A stretch of DNA of 20,000 nucleotides, taken from the NCBI GenBank assembly GCA_009602735.1, contig WELA01001627.1, forward strand, positions 149,042-169,041, in the 5' to 3' direction. The stretch is from Mesotaenium endlicherianum (Eukaryota). The translations under genes and the position numbers were made by a program. Positions 8,214 to 19,629 of the stretch are shown here, piece by piece. Positions within the stretch are counted from its first letter, which is position 1. Each line of letters starts with the position of its first letter. The notes beneath the pieces are model-generated. The model was not told the DNA's origin. It worked only from the letters and a program-made list of their open reading frames with translations, and ran no database searches.

Positions 8214-9150
8214 TTGCAGACAATGTATCAAGCAAATCCTTGATTTCGGGTAAAGAATACTTGTTCTTTACCGTGATTCTGTTTAAGGCTCTATAATCCA
8301 CACACATTCGCATAATGCCATCTTCCTTTTTAACAAATAAGATGGGTGCGCCATAAGATGATGGTAGGAGATACGTACCCATTCTCCTCCAGTTCCTTAA
8401 TTTGTATTTTTAACTCTTCACTCTCCACATAAGATAAGCCATAAGTGCGTTGCCAAGGTGGCTAACTCCCAAGTGCAAGATTGATTTTATGATTTACCTC
8501 CTTTTTAGGTAGCAATCCTCAGGGCATGTTAAAAACATCATCATACTTAGCAACAATTTTTGTAGCAGTGGAGTGCTCCGGAGGACTCACATTTTTTTTC
8601 AACCACTTCTACAGGTTGAGGAGGTACCTCTTTGAGCAGCAGATAAAGCATTCTGTCTTTCTTACCGTTCCAACTTTGGACAAACTTCATTGCATTCAAG
8701 AACTTGCATCCTCCTGGAAGCTTTTCTTCTTCCTTCATTTGCCATCCATACATGATAAGAAGAGCACTAGTGGGTGCCAAGTTAGTCTGCCCATCACTGG
8801 CTTCTCTCACTTTAATTGTACCTCTGCTCCAACACACTTCAGCTTCATGTCTATTCAGCAAGGACCTTCCTAGCACGAGATTATAAAAGCCAGTGTAGAG
8901 TACTTGAAATGAAGCATTTCAGTTAAAACTGCAATGCCAGAACCTAACTGGACCTCAATAGGCTTGGTTATGACTCCTCCAAAGATACTTGAGGCATCTC
9001 CAATATTTTTTTTCTATTCCCTTGGGCAAAAGTAGGCAGTTTTAGCCGCTTAACTAAGTCCTTATAGATAAAAGTATTCGCCTTCGTCAATGAATGCCCT
9101 TACCTTCCTACCTGCAATCATGTAATGCAGTAGAACAAGAGGGACTAACT
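8214..9150 (-). pseudogene. pol: Decayed Ty3/gypsy pol fragment (protease to RT N-terminus)
   Basis: IAGRKVRAFIDEG, LGRSLLNRHEAEVCW and [45 protein letters not shown]. Many frameshifts and no YXDD region. Confidence 0.88.
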
Positions 9151-9599
9151 CTTCCCGACCTTACATTGTTCTCCCGACTTGGCAAATAAATGTTGGACAT
9201 CAAATTGAACAAGATTATCCAGAGTGTTGCTTAGCGTACTGTCTGTCAATCAGAAGCAATAGCGGCAGCCACCATTTCAAGTTGTTCAGCCCAAGTACAA
9301 ACCTGCTTGTGGTTCCATTTAGTAAATTTAGACATAGCATATTGCTGTCGCAGTTTGTCGCGTAGTGATGGCGTTGCACACATGTAGAGAAAACACGCGT
9401 CATTGGCACCAAGAAACAAATGTGTACCTTGAATGAGCCGCTAAAGCGGTGCCGCATCATCAGGGGGTTTTGTCTCTTTGTCGCTCGAGATCGATGATCT
9501 CATCCTGACGTGCTATTGAGTCAAGTGGATAGACTTTGCATAAAAGCTCTAATATCACAGCTACTTGATTCATGGAAGTATTAAGCTGGGGTTCATGCA

Positions 9600-10300
9600 A
9601 AGGAACGTGTACTCCCATTAGAGCCTAGCGCTGCTGTTGCTAAAGGTCGCGCTGTTGCAGATCCAACGGGCATGCAACTCCAATCTGAATTGGAGTCGCA
9701 TATGCCGCGAGGCTGACTCCCTCAGGACCGGGTTCATCAGCTACGGCTACACCATAGGAATTGAGCAAAATTTCTCCACCTCCCCCCGCCCTCAAAAACA
9801 AGATCCCGACTCCTCCTAGACCACCCCCTGTCTCTCCCACTGCTCCTTCGTGCGCTACAACGTCGGCTCCAGGAATTGCTGCAGGCCTAGGGGCTGCTAC
9901 CGGAGCTGGTGAATTACCCACTGAAGGGTTGGTATAGATCTAAAAAGGCTTGTTGTCTTCATAAAGAGTCAGTGTGTCCTCATTGAGGTAGTTAGGTACA
10001 TGAGGAAGAAATCATCCTTGGCAACTCCATCATTACGAGATCGCAGTATTGCGTAAGACGCTTCTTCTGGTACATGAAGTATGTAAAGTCATCCCCAATG
10101 GTCTGCCTGAGAAGAGGTGATGGGCAGATCCCCCCATATCTGATGTCATCTTGTCTGTAGACATGTAATACTGAGTGGTTTCTACAGGGATATCTTCTAC
10201 AATGTCTCCCTCTTTATTAAACTTAACATCTTGAGGGACCGGAGAAAGCAGAACCTGAAGATCTTCCTCCGCATCAACAGAGGGCTGCGTGTTCTACTAT
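9600..10300 (-). pseudogene. Decayed ORF of unknown type, probably TE-derived
   Basis: Protein-like frames (..PSVDAEEDLQVLLSPVPQDVKFNKEGDIVEDIP.., NYLNEDTLTLYEDNKPF*IYTNPSVGNSPAPVAAPRP..) broken by stops. No family motif recognised. Confidence 0.35.
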
Positions 10301-12104
10301 GTTTAGAAAGTATGCAAGTAGGATGCTAACAGGTTGCACCTTTTTAGGCCAGTCAAACTTGTAGAAGGGAAAATTACTGCAAATTACACTAGGCCTAAGA
10401 CCGGATCACACACATGAGAGACTGGGATTTGTATGTGAAAGGCCTGGGATATCGAGATTGAGAGAGAGCCAACTTTTCCCTCGACGCGAAAAAGAACTAG
10501 GTTGTGATGGCTGCGATGTCGCTTGTGAGGAGAGGAAAGTAATAGAGAGAAGAATTAAGGCGCGGGGAAACTGAGAGGGGCGGACAGAGTCTCAGATAGG
10601 TGGAGCTCTTGGGCGCAAACACGCTTCAGCTTCATGGGGAGACATGAACAATGCTTGGATGAATTCTGGGAGAAAAAGTAGGCTTATTCTGAGCAATATA
10701 CAAAATCCTAGGGCTAAAGTAAGCACTAGGGCGAACTTTAAGTGTTGGCTAACGCCCTTCACATGGGCGGCTCTGCCTCTCAAACTCTCTCTCTTGGGAT
10801 CTCCCTCTCGAACTAATGCAAGTCTAAAGGAAAGCGCGTTGTTTAAAACGCGTGCAATTCACGATGAGGGGTACTTGGTGGGTACGGCGAAGTACTGTAC
10901 ACCACAAAAAGATCGTGGTGTGCGGCAATGCTACGCTCCCTAACAAAGGGACAGGCCTTGGTGCAACATAACCTTATCCCCTATCCTACCCTCTACCTAA
11001 TGATGAGGTCAACCGGTAGAATCTGTAATGGGCTAGCAGGTCCGTGTTGACCCCCCGACCTCCAATGGCGAGGTGCAAGTGAGAATCGGTGGGCAACATT
11101 GAGTCCAAGGGCGTCTCATGACAGCTCAAAAGGGGCTCATGAGTGGCCCAGGGAATTAGCACAACTAAGTCCAAAACTCCTAGCTGCCTGACCCTCACCT
11201 ACCATCCCACCCCCAATGATGCAAGGACTAACTGAGTATCTCGACATAAAGTAATGAACAACAAGTAACAACTTGACAGATTGACTAGGCTATGACCCCA
11301 CATCCTGCCACATTTTCCGAGCCTAGACACGTGACTCGAGGCTGGCTGATGCAGTCGGACCTATTGGACCAAGACTGGTTACCTATAGCAAGTTTGGCCA
11401 ACCCTTGACTACGTTAGCCGTCCCCCCGGCCGTGACCAACAAGATGACTCTAGCTGCCACGGAGTATTGGTCGAGTACTTGAGCCAATTCCCCTTCAACT
11501 TCTTGAAGAAGAATTTAGCGTGAAGTGTGAAAATATATTATTGACATTTAGAAGCTTATGGACATGCATATGAGCCCAAAACGTACACCCAATACACAAC
11601 CATACACTTTGCATGGCAGTTAGGCAAGTTTGTCATGATATGAACTTCTAAGAGCATTGGTGAAAAGGAAACTATTTTGAAAATTTTAGTGATACAAATT
11701 TTAGTAAAACAAGTTTGCGTATACAATGCTAACACGGCCATAGCATCAATCTTTTAACGATCTGAAAGTCCAATCATATTGGTCGTGCATTCCAAGACCT
11801 AAATGGGAAGACCATATTTTCCCAAGATGCAGTTGTAAGCAACGTATTCATAGATGTGTAGTCACTAGCATGAAAACATGACATGAAACTGCTTAAACAT
11901 GTTATGCACCACTCTGTATAAAGACTAAATACCGCGAGTTGTTGCTATGGTACAACAAAGGGCTTGTAGAGGCCACAAAAGTGAGTCTAAACTATGAGGT
12001 GTTCCATCACACAGATAAATACAGAATTACATACAGGAGTGCATAGGACATGTGCGCACACACGTGAGCACGCAATTAAATGTGCTACACCGCCATGCTC
12101 GACT

Positions 12105-12748
12105 CTACTCATTTGGCATGGACTTCTTGCCACAACCACAGAATCCCTTCTTACGCTTGGGCACTGGCTGGGCGTTGGCTCCGGATGGAGCCTGCGTCAC
12201 GCGGGATCCTTGCGGCTTCCCAAGAGGACCCTTCAGCTGCTGCGTCGTCACCTTGTCCACAATCTTGTGCTCCAGCTGTTCGACCTTGCCTCCAATCCCA
12301 CCAGCACCTCCTCCCGTTCCCGGTGTTGGTTGGACCATGTAGTCTGGCCCATTGTGATGGCCTCCTGTTGCCCCTGCAGCTGTACCTGCAGCAGCAGTAC
12401 CTGCTGCCGCTGCAGGATAGGCACTCGCCCCACTCCCAACGGTCTGACCATCAGGCCCCGCAGGGCCAGCGTGGATACCAGTATTATTGCCAGTACCTGA
12501 AGCAGAGTAGCCAGCACCAGCTGCTCCCTGCTGGAGGTCAATACCCTTAGTTTGGTTAGGGGCGCCAGCTGAGGTTCCACTCTGCTGCTGCTGGCTGCCC
12601 TGCAGGGCTGCCTTGGTGGCATCGTCGTGGTCGCGGGGCAGGACGGCGTGGGCCCAGTCTTTGAGCGTGGAGTGGCCTTCCAGATGCTCCACAGATCTCA
12701 CCTGACTACTCCCGCCACCACCTCCAGCTGCTACTCCTTGTGGAAGCC
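12105..12748 (-). CDS. Host gene last exon (644 nt), ends ..KRKKGFCGCGKKSMPNE*
   Basis: Acceptor CTGTCCCTAG|GG in phase. The five exons sum to 3075 nt, i.e. 1024 aa plus stop. Confidence 0.78.
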
Positions 12749-13086
12749 CTAGGGACAGAATAAACAAGCCATGCCCACGAATATCAAACACCGTGAACGC
12801 TAGACAAGGCCGCAACGAGGCCTCTCGCAATTCAAAAGCATCTGCCACTCCCAACCTCTGAGCAAAGCATTGGGCTGGTGACGCACGAGTAGGACCAAGG
12901 ACGTCAAGAGGAGGCTAGAGGAGCCAATGAGAGGAGTATTTATCCGGACCTTGCAGCAAACACACAGAGTGACCACGTTCCAGCAGAGGATGACATCTTC
13001 TCAAACTATGCCAGCTGGAGGCCCCTGCACCAGGAAATGTGCTTCAGTGGGTGCCAGTGGCAGCATATCAATGACAGCTGTCTCAC

Positions 13087-13323
13087 CTCGGGTGGCGCCG
13101 GCCATGCTTGATGTGGCTGCTGACACTCCTACGGGCCCTACCCCAAAGTTCTGCCCACCGGTTGGCCTTTGGCTGTTGAAGGAAGTGTTTCCCAAAGGAT
13201 ATGCAGCAGCACCCATGGCTCCCGCGCCGGCAAGAGCTGGTGCCATGCCGTGCTGGCTCGGGGCACCAGCCTGCTGCTGCGGCTGCATGCCGGCTTGGAG
13301 GCCGTTGCTGCCTCTACCTCCTC
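13087..13323 (-). CDS. Host gene exon 4 (237 nt)
   Basis: Acceptor TGCAG|GA. Reads GGGRGSNGLQAGMQ..AGATR. Donor GAG|GTGAGA, phase 1. Confidence 0.78.
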
Positions 13324-13555
13324 CTGCATGCATTCATATGGCTCTCCTTCAGAACTCCTTTCTCGCGTACATCCGGGTTGTGAACTACGGAATGGAAGAA
13401 ACTAATCATTCTCTCTACATCCAAAACATCTATTCCAGATCAATGAATGTACAGGGACCAGGAGACGGCATGCAGCACTGCCGTGGCCGAAACATGGACT
13501 ACCCCACAATGACGCACACGAGGTCAAGGGCAATGTCAACTTTGCTTGCACTGAC

Positions 13556-13732
13556 CTGACGGGCTGTCAATGTACTGCTGGCCGTAGGTCTGCTGCTGCG
13601 AGGGGGTGCTGTAGGTCGAGTCGCCCGGAATGCCGATGAAGTGGTGGTGCTGCTGCTGCTGCTGCTGCTGCTGGGGCATCGCCATCGAGCGACTGCCCCC
13701 CCCTCCATGCTGCTGCTGCGCCTCATCCAAGC
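13556..13732 (-). CDS. Host gene exon 3 (177 nt, polyQ)
   Basis: CTGAC branch-like motifs and acceptor GGCAG|GC. Reads GLDEAQQQH..IDSPS. Donor CAG|GTCAGT, phase 1. Confidence 0.75.
13650..13673 (-). repeat. (CAG)8 coding microsatellite
   Basis: Eight perfect CTG units on the + strand, encoding Q8 in exon 3. Confidence 0.95.
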
Positions 13733-13885
13733 CTGCCACATTGCCGTGTGTGTCACAGGTCAGTCAGGACAGGTCCTCACTCTGCATCAGCATTCACGAC
13801 CACAGCGGGTTCGAAGCAGAAATATCCGGTAGTGCAACCAGACCAGCAAAGACATGCTTAGGTGGACGGGGGGCTGTTGTGCTAC

Positions 13886-14059
13886 CTGCTGCTGGTGCGG
13901 GTGCAGGTGCGTTGAGGCCCGTGGCACTGGGGTCTTCGGCCACGGTGGCCTGCAGGCTGCGGTGGACGGCTGCCTCGCTCACGCCCAGGTGGGCCGCCAC
14001 CTGTGCCACAGCAGTCTGCACTTGGGCTGGCATCATCTGCCCTGCGGAGCTTCCTCCCC
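13886..14059 (-). CDS. Host gene exon 2 (174 nt)
   Basis: Acceptor CTTGCAG|GG. In frame (GGGSSAGQMMPAQVQTAVAQVAAHLGV..). Donor CAG|GTAGCA, phase 1. Confidence 0.72.
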
Positions 14060-14204
14060 CTGCAAGCACGCCCAATAAGTCTCTCCCGAGATGAGCAGGT
14101 GCCCACAAGGTACACTCGTTTTTCTTCCAATAGCCAGCCACCAACGGGTGCGACTGAGTTCTGGTTGTGACACCACCATTAATTGTTGGATACACGGGTG
14201 TTAC

Positions 14205-16047
14205 CTGGACCAGTGGGCGCGGAAAGGTCAGCAGAAGCGGCCAGGTGGTGCTGCAGCGCCTCTGGCCGCACTCCCGCAACTTGCGCCAGGCTGTCAACGG
14301 GCGGGGGGGAGGCACCCTCCGGCATGAAGCTCACCGTCTTCTGCCTGCTGCTGCTGCTGCCTGATGGACTCTGAGCGTCCATCTGCGAGCTGCCGAAGGG
14401 GGGAGGCGCGCCAAACATTTGAGGGCTGGCCGCCATTGTCCTTATCTGCTGCTGGCCCTGCTGTTGGCCCTGCTGGCTACCAAATACAGGCTCCTGGGGG
14501 ATCGAAGCAGCTGCTGCTGCTGCTGGGCTGGGAGAGGAGTAGTCAGATGGGCCTCCGGATGGGTGGTGGGGTGCATAGCCCCGCGAGGATGACGAGTTGC
14601 CCATCATTGCATTGCCTGGCCCTTGCTGCCCTTGGCCAAAGCCGCCGCCATACAGGGCGCCCGCGCCCGCTCCAACTGTGCCAGCCATCAATCCTTCCTG
14701 CATGCCAGACCCCTGTTGCCCTCCTCCGCCTGCAGGCCCCGTGGTTGCCTGTGGGGCAGCGAAGCCACGGCTTCCACCACCACCACCAGCAGCAGCTGCC
14801 TCGTCCCTGTCAGTGAGCAAGGGATTGCCCGGAGTGCCCAGGTGCCCCCCAACTCCGAGGCCACGGCCACTGTCCATCCCAGATGGGGCGACGGCGGCAT
14901 TCCCGCTGTGGCCATACAGATGGTCCTGCTGCTGGTTTGGCAGGCGGGAACCGTGCTGCTCTTCCATCTCCTGCTGATTACGCAGAGGGTACACAACCGT
15001 GCTAGAAGGGCGAGGCGAGACCTGATCAGAGCCGATGCTGCTGTTGTAGTGAGACCCTGCGGGGGTCCCAAACGGCGGCGGCGTCATGCCCTTAGCTCCC
15101 ATCTGAGGCTGCCCTCCTGCACTCTGGGAACTTGACATCTGGCCACCATAGCCCGTACTGCTGTCACCAAGAAAGGCGCCAGGTGCAACAGCTCTACCGG
15201 TGCTACCGTTCTGAGCCACAGGTTCGCCCATATTGCCTGCTGAATCCGGGGGCATGTTGTCCCCAATGGTGCTGCTTCTGTAACCGCCCTGCCCTTGGCT
15301 GTTCATGTCACTGCTCCCAGTTGCGGCGCCATTACCGGTGCTTTTGCCTGCTGCGTGCATCAAGCCGCCTGCAAGCGCAGTACCTCCTGCACCTAGTGCC
15401 ACCTTTTCTCCCATTCCCATGTGCACGCCTTGACCCTCTTGGCCTCCTATTCCCATCGCAGACTTTGCAGAAGTTGACATGGAGTTGGCGCCAGCGCCTA
15501 CAGGACCTGCCTTGCTCGCATCAGACTGGGAAGAGTCTAGACTACCTGCTCCAGCAGCTCCAGCAGCTCCTGAAGCGGACGTTGTTTCTCCGGCAATTGC
15601 AGCTCCACCATCAGCAGGGCTAGCACCCACTGCACCGAGAGAATCACCACCTATTCCACCATCCACAGCAGCTGCAGCCCTCAAAGCTAGATGATGAATC
15701 AACTTGTAGTAGGAAAGAGTTGCTCCTATGGTGCTGTTGTTCACACCAAACTTGGACAAGTTAGGGGCCAGTAATTCGGCTCCAGGCAGTCCAGCATTTT
15801 GAAGGTCAATAGTAAGCTGGACAATTGCCCTGGACTGATTCTTAGCAGTGTCCAGCGTGGGTACTAGAAGGAAACCCTTCTGAGCAGGCACAGAGCTCCT
15901 GTATACTTTTTGCAGAGACTGTTCAATTGTGTGTTGATTGCTTTCGATGTCGCTCATTATAGTCACTCTCTGTTGATCCCACGCTCGCGAAAAATCCTCA
16001 ACGTGTCTGTACGCCAAAGCGTTCTTGGGTTTCCCAAATAGACCCAT
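14205..16047 (-). CDS. Host gene exon 1 (1843 nt) of an uncharacterised ~1024-aa low-complexity protein
   Basis: 622-codon ORF starting MGLFGKPK. Donor CCAG|GTAACA at 14205/14204, phase 1. Confidence 0.85.
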
Positions 16048-16820
16048 TCTCGCCGCTTTCCGTGTGCGCAGCTATGGCGAAGGTTTCACGGCTGCGGCGA
16101 GCTTAAGATAGTCCGGTAGTGTCACACTACAATCGAGAAATGAACAACTTAACCGTTAGACTGTAGACACCGATATATGCTCCAACTGAGGAAAGCAGAA
16201 GACTCGCGTATAGAAACTGACTACAGAATTGCCGAGTTTTTGTGAGGTCTGAAGTATATTCTGTCGATTTAGAGCAGAGGGCTTGCACTGGCTTGCACAT
16301 GCAGTCGCGCTCTGCAACTTGCCACCTGCCATTTCCAACACCGGCCACCTTCAGAGCCACGAGCTGTCACGAGCAAACGCAAGCTCAAGACAGCACTCCT
16401 CTGGCACTTGGCAACAAAAGCTGGCTTGTTTGAGGTGGCCTGGAGCACGCTCGGGCTATGAGTTGTCTACTTCTTGGCTACTTTTTTTTGTCTCCACGTT
16501 CCGCCTGGTACGGATAACTATATGTACACTTAGAGCAACAACGTCTAATATATATATAAGGTGGAGGTCATGGACTAAATAGTTCCATGCAGGTTCAACG
16601 AGCTATTTGCTTTGGCATGCTCTGCAAATTGGAGAAAATGTTTAAAAAAAGATTGTGAGATCACGAGTCACAGGTTGCTTGTCATCAAGGTCCAGCACAC
16701 TACGCTTTAAACACTTGGCAGAAAACCTCTCGCGCAGCTAGCTAGAGCTCGACGAAGAAAGATATTCTAAAAATGTTCATCTAACCCACATCTACCGTGC
16801 TTTCAGCTGCTCTCAGCAGT

Positions 16821-16926
16821 TTTGTAATATATCTGCAAATATGCAACATGTAGAGTATAATATAAAGAGTAGAATAAGAAAGAGATAAGCTTTATTGAAG
16901 ATAGGATAGAGTAGGACTAGAAGTCT
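16821..16926 (-). repeat. Split direct repeat B2 (106 bp, element 3' end)
   Basis: Matches 17331-17436 without gaps, 6 mismatches. Contains AATAAA on the - strand. Confidence 0.92.
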
Positions 16927-17330
16927 TCAGATCTCTCTCTTAAAATCTGTTGCTATGCTATTCTATCTATTTGCATTGTTCCATCCTATCTAATCTATTA
17001 TTCATTACTCTTGCTTCGCAATAATCTTCAGTTCCGTTCTGGTTCTCGCTGTACTTGTACTTCCTTGTACTTCTTGTACTTCCTTCTTCTTCAGGGTGGG
17101 CTGGGTGGGATTTGTAAGCTTCTAAACTTTCTTTGTCCTGCAATGACGAGAAATGACTTCGACAGAAGCTTTTGTACGTTCGCTTGTCTCATCGAGGTTT
17201 TCAGATGATTTTGAATTTAGGCGGTAGCTTCCATTGTCATGAATGAAAAATGAAAAAGTATTGCATATATGCACTGACATTTCACAGATCTAGCTTTGTC
17301 ACATGTCTTCGACATGTGTCAGAGCTTTAA

Positions 17331-17436
17331 TTTGTAATATATCTGCAAATATGCAATATATAGAGTATAATTTAGAGAGTAAAATAAGAAAGAGATAGGC
17401 TTTATTGAAGATAGGATAGAGTAGGACTAGAAGTCT
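17331..17436 (-). repeat. Split direct repeat B1 (106 bp)
   Basis: Copy of 16821-16926, offset by 510 nt. Confidence 0.92.
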
Positions 17437-17658
17437 GCAAGAAGCAGCATACATGATAGAAGTAGGATACAAGAGGGAGAATGGAGAAGGAAGAGTAGGA
17501 ATAGGGTAGGAGTAGGAGCAGAAGCAGGAAGATAGGAGAAACAGAAGGATTAAGCTATATCAGAACTTATATACACTACAGACTTGCATTAGATCAAATT
17601 AGCTTATGGAGTCTTACTCACATTGTTGCTTCTGCTTGCAGACAATTCTGCTTCTGTG

Positions 17659-18700
17659 CTATTTCCTCTTCCTCATGAAGGCTGTTGTAATCATTTCCTG
17701 ATTGAACTTTACTTCTTCTCCTGAGTCTGGTATTGCTATTGTTATAGCTGCTGCTTCTATTTTTCCATCCAGTCCAACTACGTAATTTTCTTTGGCTGAA
17801 TCAGACTTCCAACCTCCCATATTTTTAAATATTCTGTCTGCCACTCCCATGTTGGCAGCTGCTGTAGCTGCTCTTTTTCTAAGACAATGAGTTCCAAACT
17901 GATCTATTTGCATGTTCACGGATGCAAACATGTCTTTGCACCAGCCCCTCACAGTTGAATATACCGGAGCATTGCCTGTTAGTTTATCCTTTCTATCCAA
18001 TACCTGTATCAAAGGGCCTTCATCTGGGTAGCCTAGAATTTCTAAGGCTAGTCTGCAAAACATATCTATTGAACACCATCTTTTACCTGTTCTGTATAGA
18101 CTTGCAATCCTGCCTGCTTTTTGCTGGTCATTCTTAGCTTAGGTATTAGCATATGGATTGCTGAAATAATTTCTTCTCCTTCAAATTGCAACTGTTCTAT
18201 TCTGATGCTAGACATATCTGAGAACCTTAACAGACCATGATATATGAAAAGGAGCATTGCAGCTTTCATAACAGATTTTGGGGGAGCTCCCGGATAAACT
18301 ATTTTTTCCAAAATAGCAGTTATTCTCACAGGATCTATGGGCTGCATAGTGTGTTCAAGTCTAGGTAGCTGTCTGCTAGCTACTTTCTTAATGTTCTCAG
18401 AGCTATTGTGTCTGTGGGACTTTGGTAACTAAGCAGGTTATGAGGAGTGTAAATAGCTGCACTAGTAAGACAATATTTTGACCATGAAACTCTTTCTTTT
18501 ATGAGCTTAGTCATAAAAATAGCACACGTCTCTGGCTCAGCAAGCAAATCTTTAAGCTTATATTTTTTGCAAAATTTTTGAAATTGGTCCCAATAAGGAC
18601 TATAGGTCTGCAGAGTCCTTATAGCTTTGCTCTGAAAACCTGTCTCCCACCTCTCAGATTGTAATATCTGTAGCTCTTGATGTTTTGCTATAATTTCTCC
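17659..18700 (-). pseudogene. Tyrosine recombinase (lambda-integrase family) with frameshifts
   Basis: AAMLLFIYHGLLRFSD (catalytic R), GTHCLRKRAATAA (HxxR), GGWKSDSAKENYV (W, Y). N-terminal TLQTYSPYWDQF. Start is approximate. Confidence 0.9.
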
Positions 18701-18879
18701 TGCACACTCACAGGCTAACTAGTCTTATGGCTTGTACTTCACAATGTGGAATTCCCTCCTTTTCAAATGCATCTATGTCTGTGCCTGGCAGCAGACATTC
18801 TGTGTTATAGCCCAAATAATGTGCATTCTTAATTTTAGGAATCCAAATACCTTCTCCTAGCAGTTTTCACTCCTCATCT

Positions 18880-19190
18880 AGCAGGCCTAGCATGTGCTTA
18901 AGTTCCCAACTGGCTGAAGGCCAGATAGGTATGACTAGGGTGCATATTGCATAACATTTTCTAATATGGTCCATAACTGTCGGGATCAACTGAGGTCAGG
19001 GAAAAGCATAGTTGTTTTCCCCTGCCCAGTCATCAGTAAATGCATCTACTGACTCAGTTAGAGGGTATGGAAGTTTAGCATTGAACCTGGAGACCTTTCT
19101 GTTGCCTGGTGTGGCAAATCAGTCCACACTGTGGGGACCCCACTTCTGATCCAGCTCCATGAATTTCTCCGTTCGTAAACAGTGATCATC
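18880..19190 (-). pseudogene. DIRS-type N6-adenine methyltransferase-like domain
   Basis: Hand translation: KWGPHSVD*FATPGNRKVSRFNA..VDAFTDDWAGENNYAFP*PQLIPTVMDHI..TLVIPIWPSASW. Confidence 0.82.
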
Positions 19191-19197
19191 CTTCTCT

Positions 19198-19629
19198 TTA
19201 GACTTCGTCAAATATTCCAGAATTTGATTTCTCCTGAGGCATCGATTCTACCTCTAATGTTATGTTCCAGAGTCTGATTTTCTCAAATAAGATCATAGCC
19301 AAAGTGAGGATGTCCTCCTGATCAGATCCTCCCTGCTTTATAAGTTGCACTACCTTCTTGTTGTCAATCTTGACTAGCACAACTTTATCTTTGGACAGAT
19401 GGTTCTCCCTGGCTAGAGCAACAAGCACTTTCTCAAGATCTGCTAGCAATGTACCAGCCATGGAAGTTATGGAACGCTCACCGTCCACTTCCCACAAGAT
19501 TCCAGCTTGGACTTCATCATATGAGACTTACCAGAAGCCTGGCTCTTTCTCAGCATCTCTTGAAGTCACTATATTGACCACAAAATCAGGTCCAAAGTGG
19601 AGCCTAATGGCTGCTCCATTGAGTCTCTT
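19198..19629 (-). pseudogene. DIRS-type RNase H remnant
   Basis: VVLVKIDNKKVVQLIKQGGS..IRLWNITLEVESMP resembles the DIRS RNase H D-N..GG segment, in the expected position upstream of the MTase. Confidence 0.7.

Larger units (their letters stand above)
16821..19629 (-). mobile_element. Tyrosine-recombinase retrotransposon (DIRS order, split-direct-repeat type), 3' portion, decayed
   Basis: RNase H, adenine-MTase-like and YR domains in order, followed by a B1-spacer-B2 repeat arrangement. Confidence 0.88.

Noticed and set aside
10610..10640. HEAEAC peptide resembling HEAEVC in the pol remnant at ~8840
   Set aside because: The match is limited to about 15 nt with no flanking homology, so likely chance.
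11994..15694. Numerous + strand and alternate-frame ORFs (Cys/Ser/Arg-rich, poly-C, poly-L, poly-S)
   Set aside because: Shadow frames of the GC-rich, CAG-rich host gene on the - strand.
16547..16560. (TA)n run as the TATA box of the host gene
   Set aside because: It is about 500 nt from the ATG with no TSS evidence, and cannot be distinguished from a short microsatellite.
17050..17095. GTACTT(C/G) short repeats as a CRISPR-like or satellite array
   Set aside because: Only four short degenerate units without spacers; low-complexity sequence inside the DIRS spacer.
17659..18347. Phage integrase / bacterial contamination or HGT
   Set aside because: The context (RNase H, MTase-like domain, split direct repeats, LTR insertion) identifies a eukaryotic DIRS-order element.
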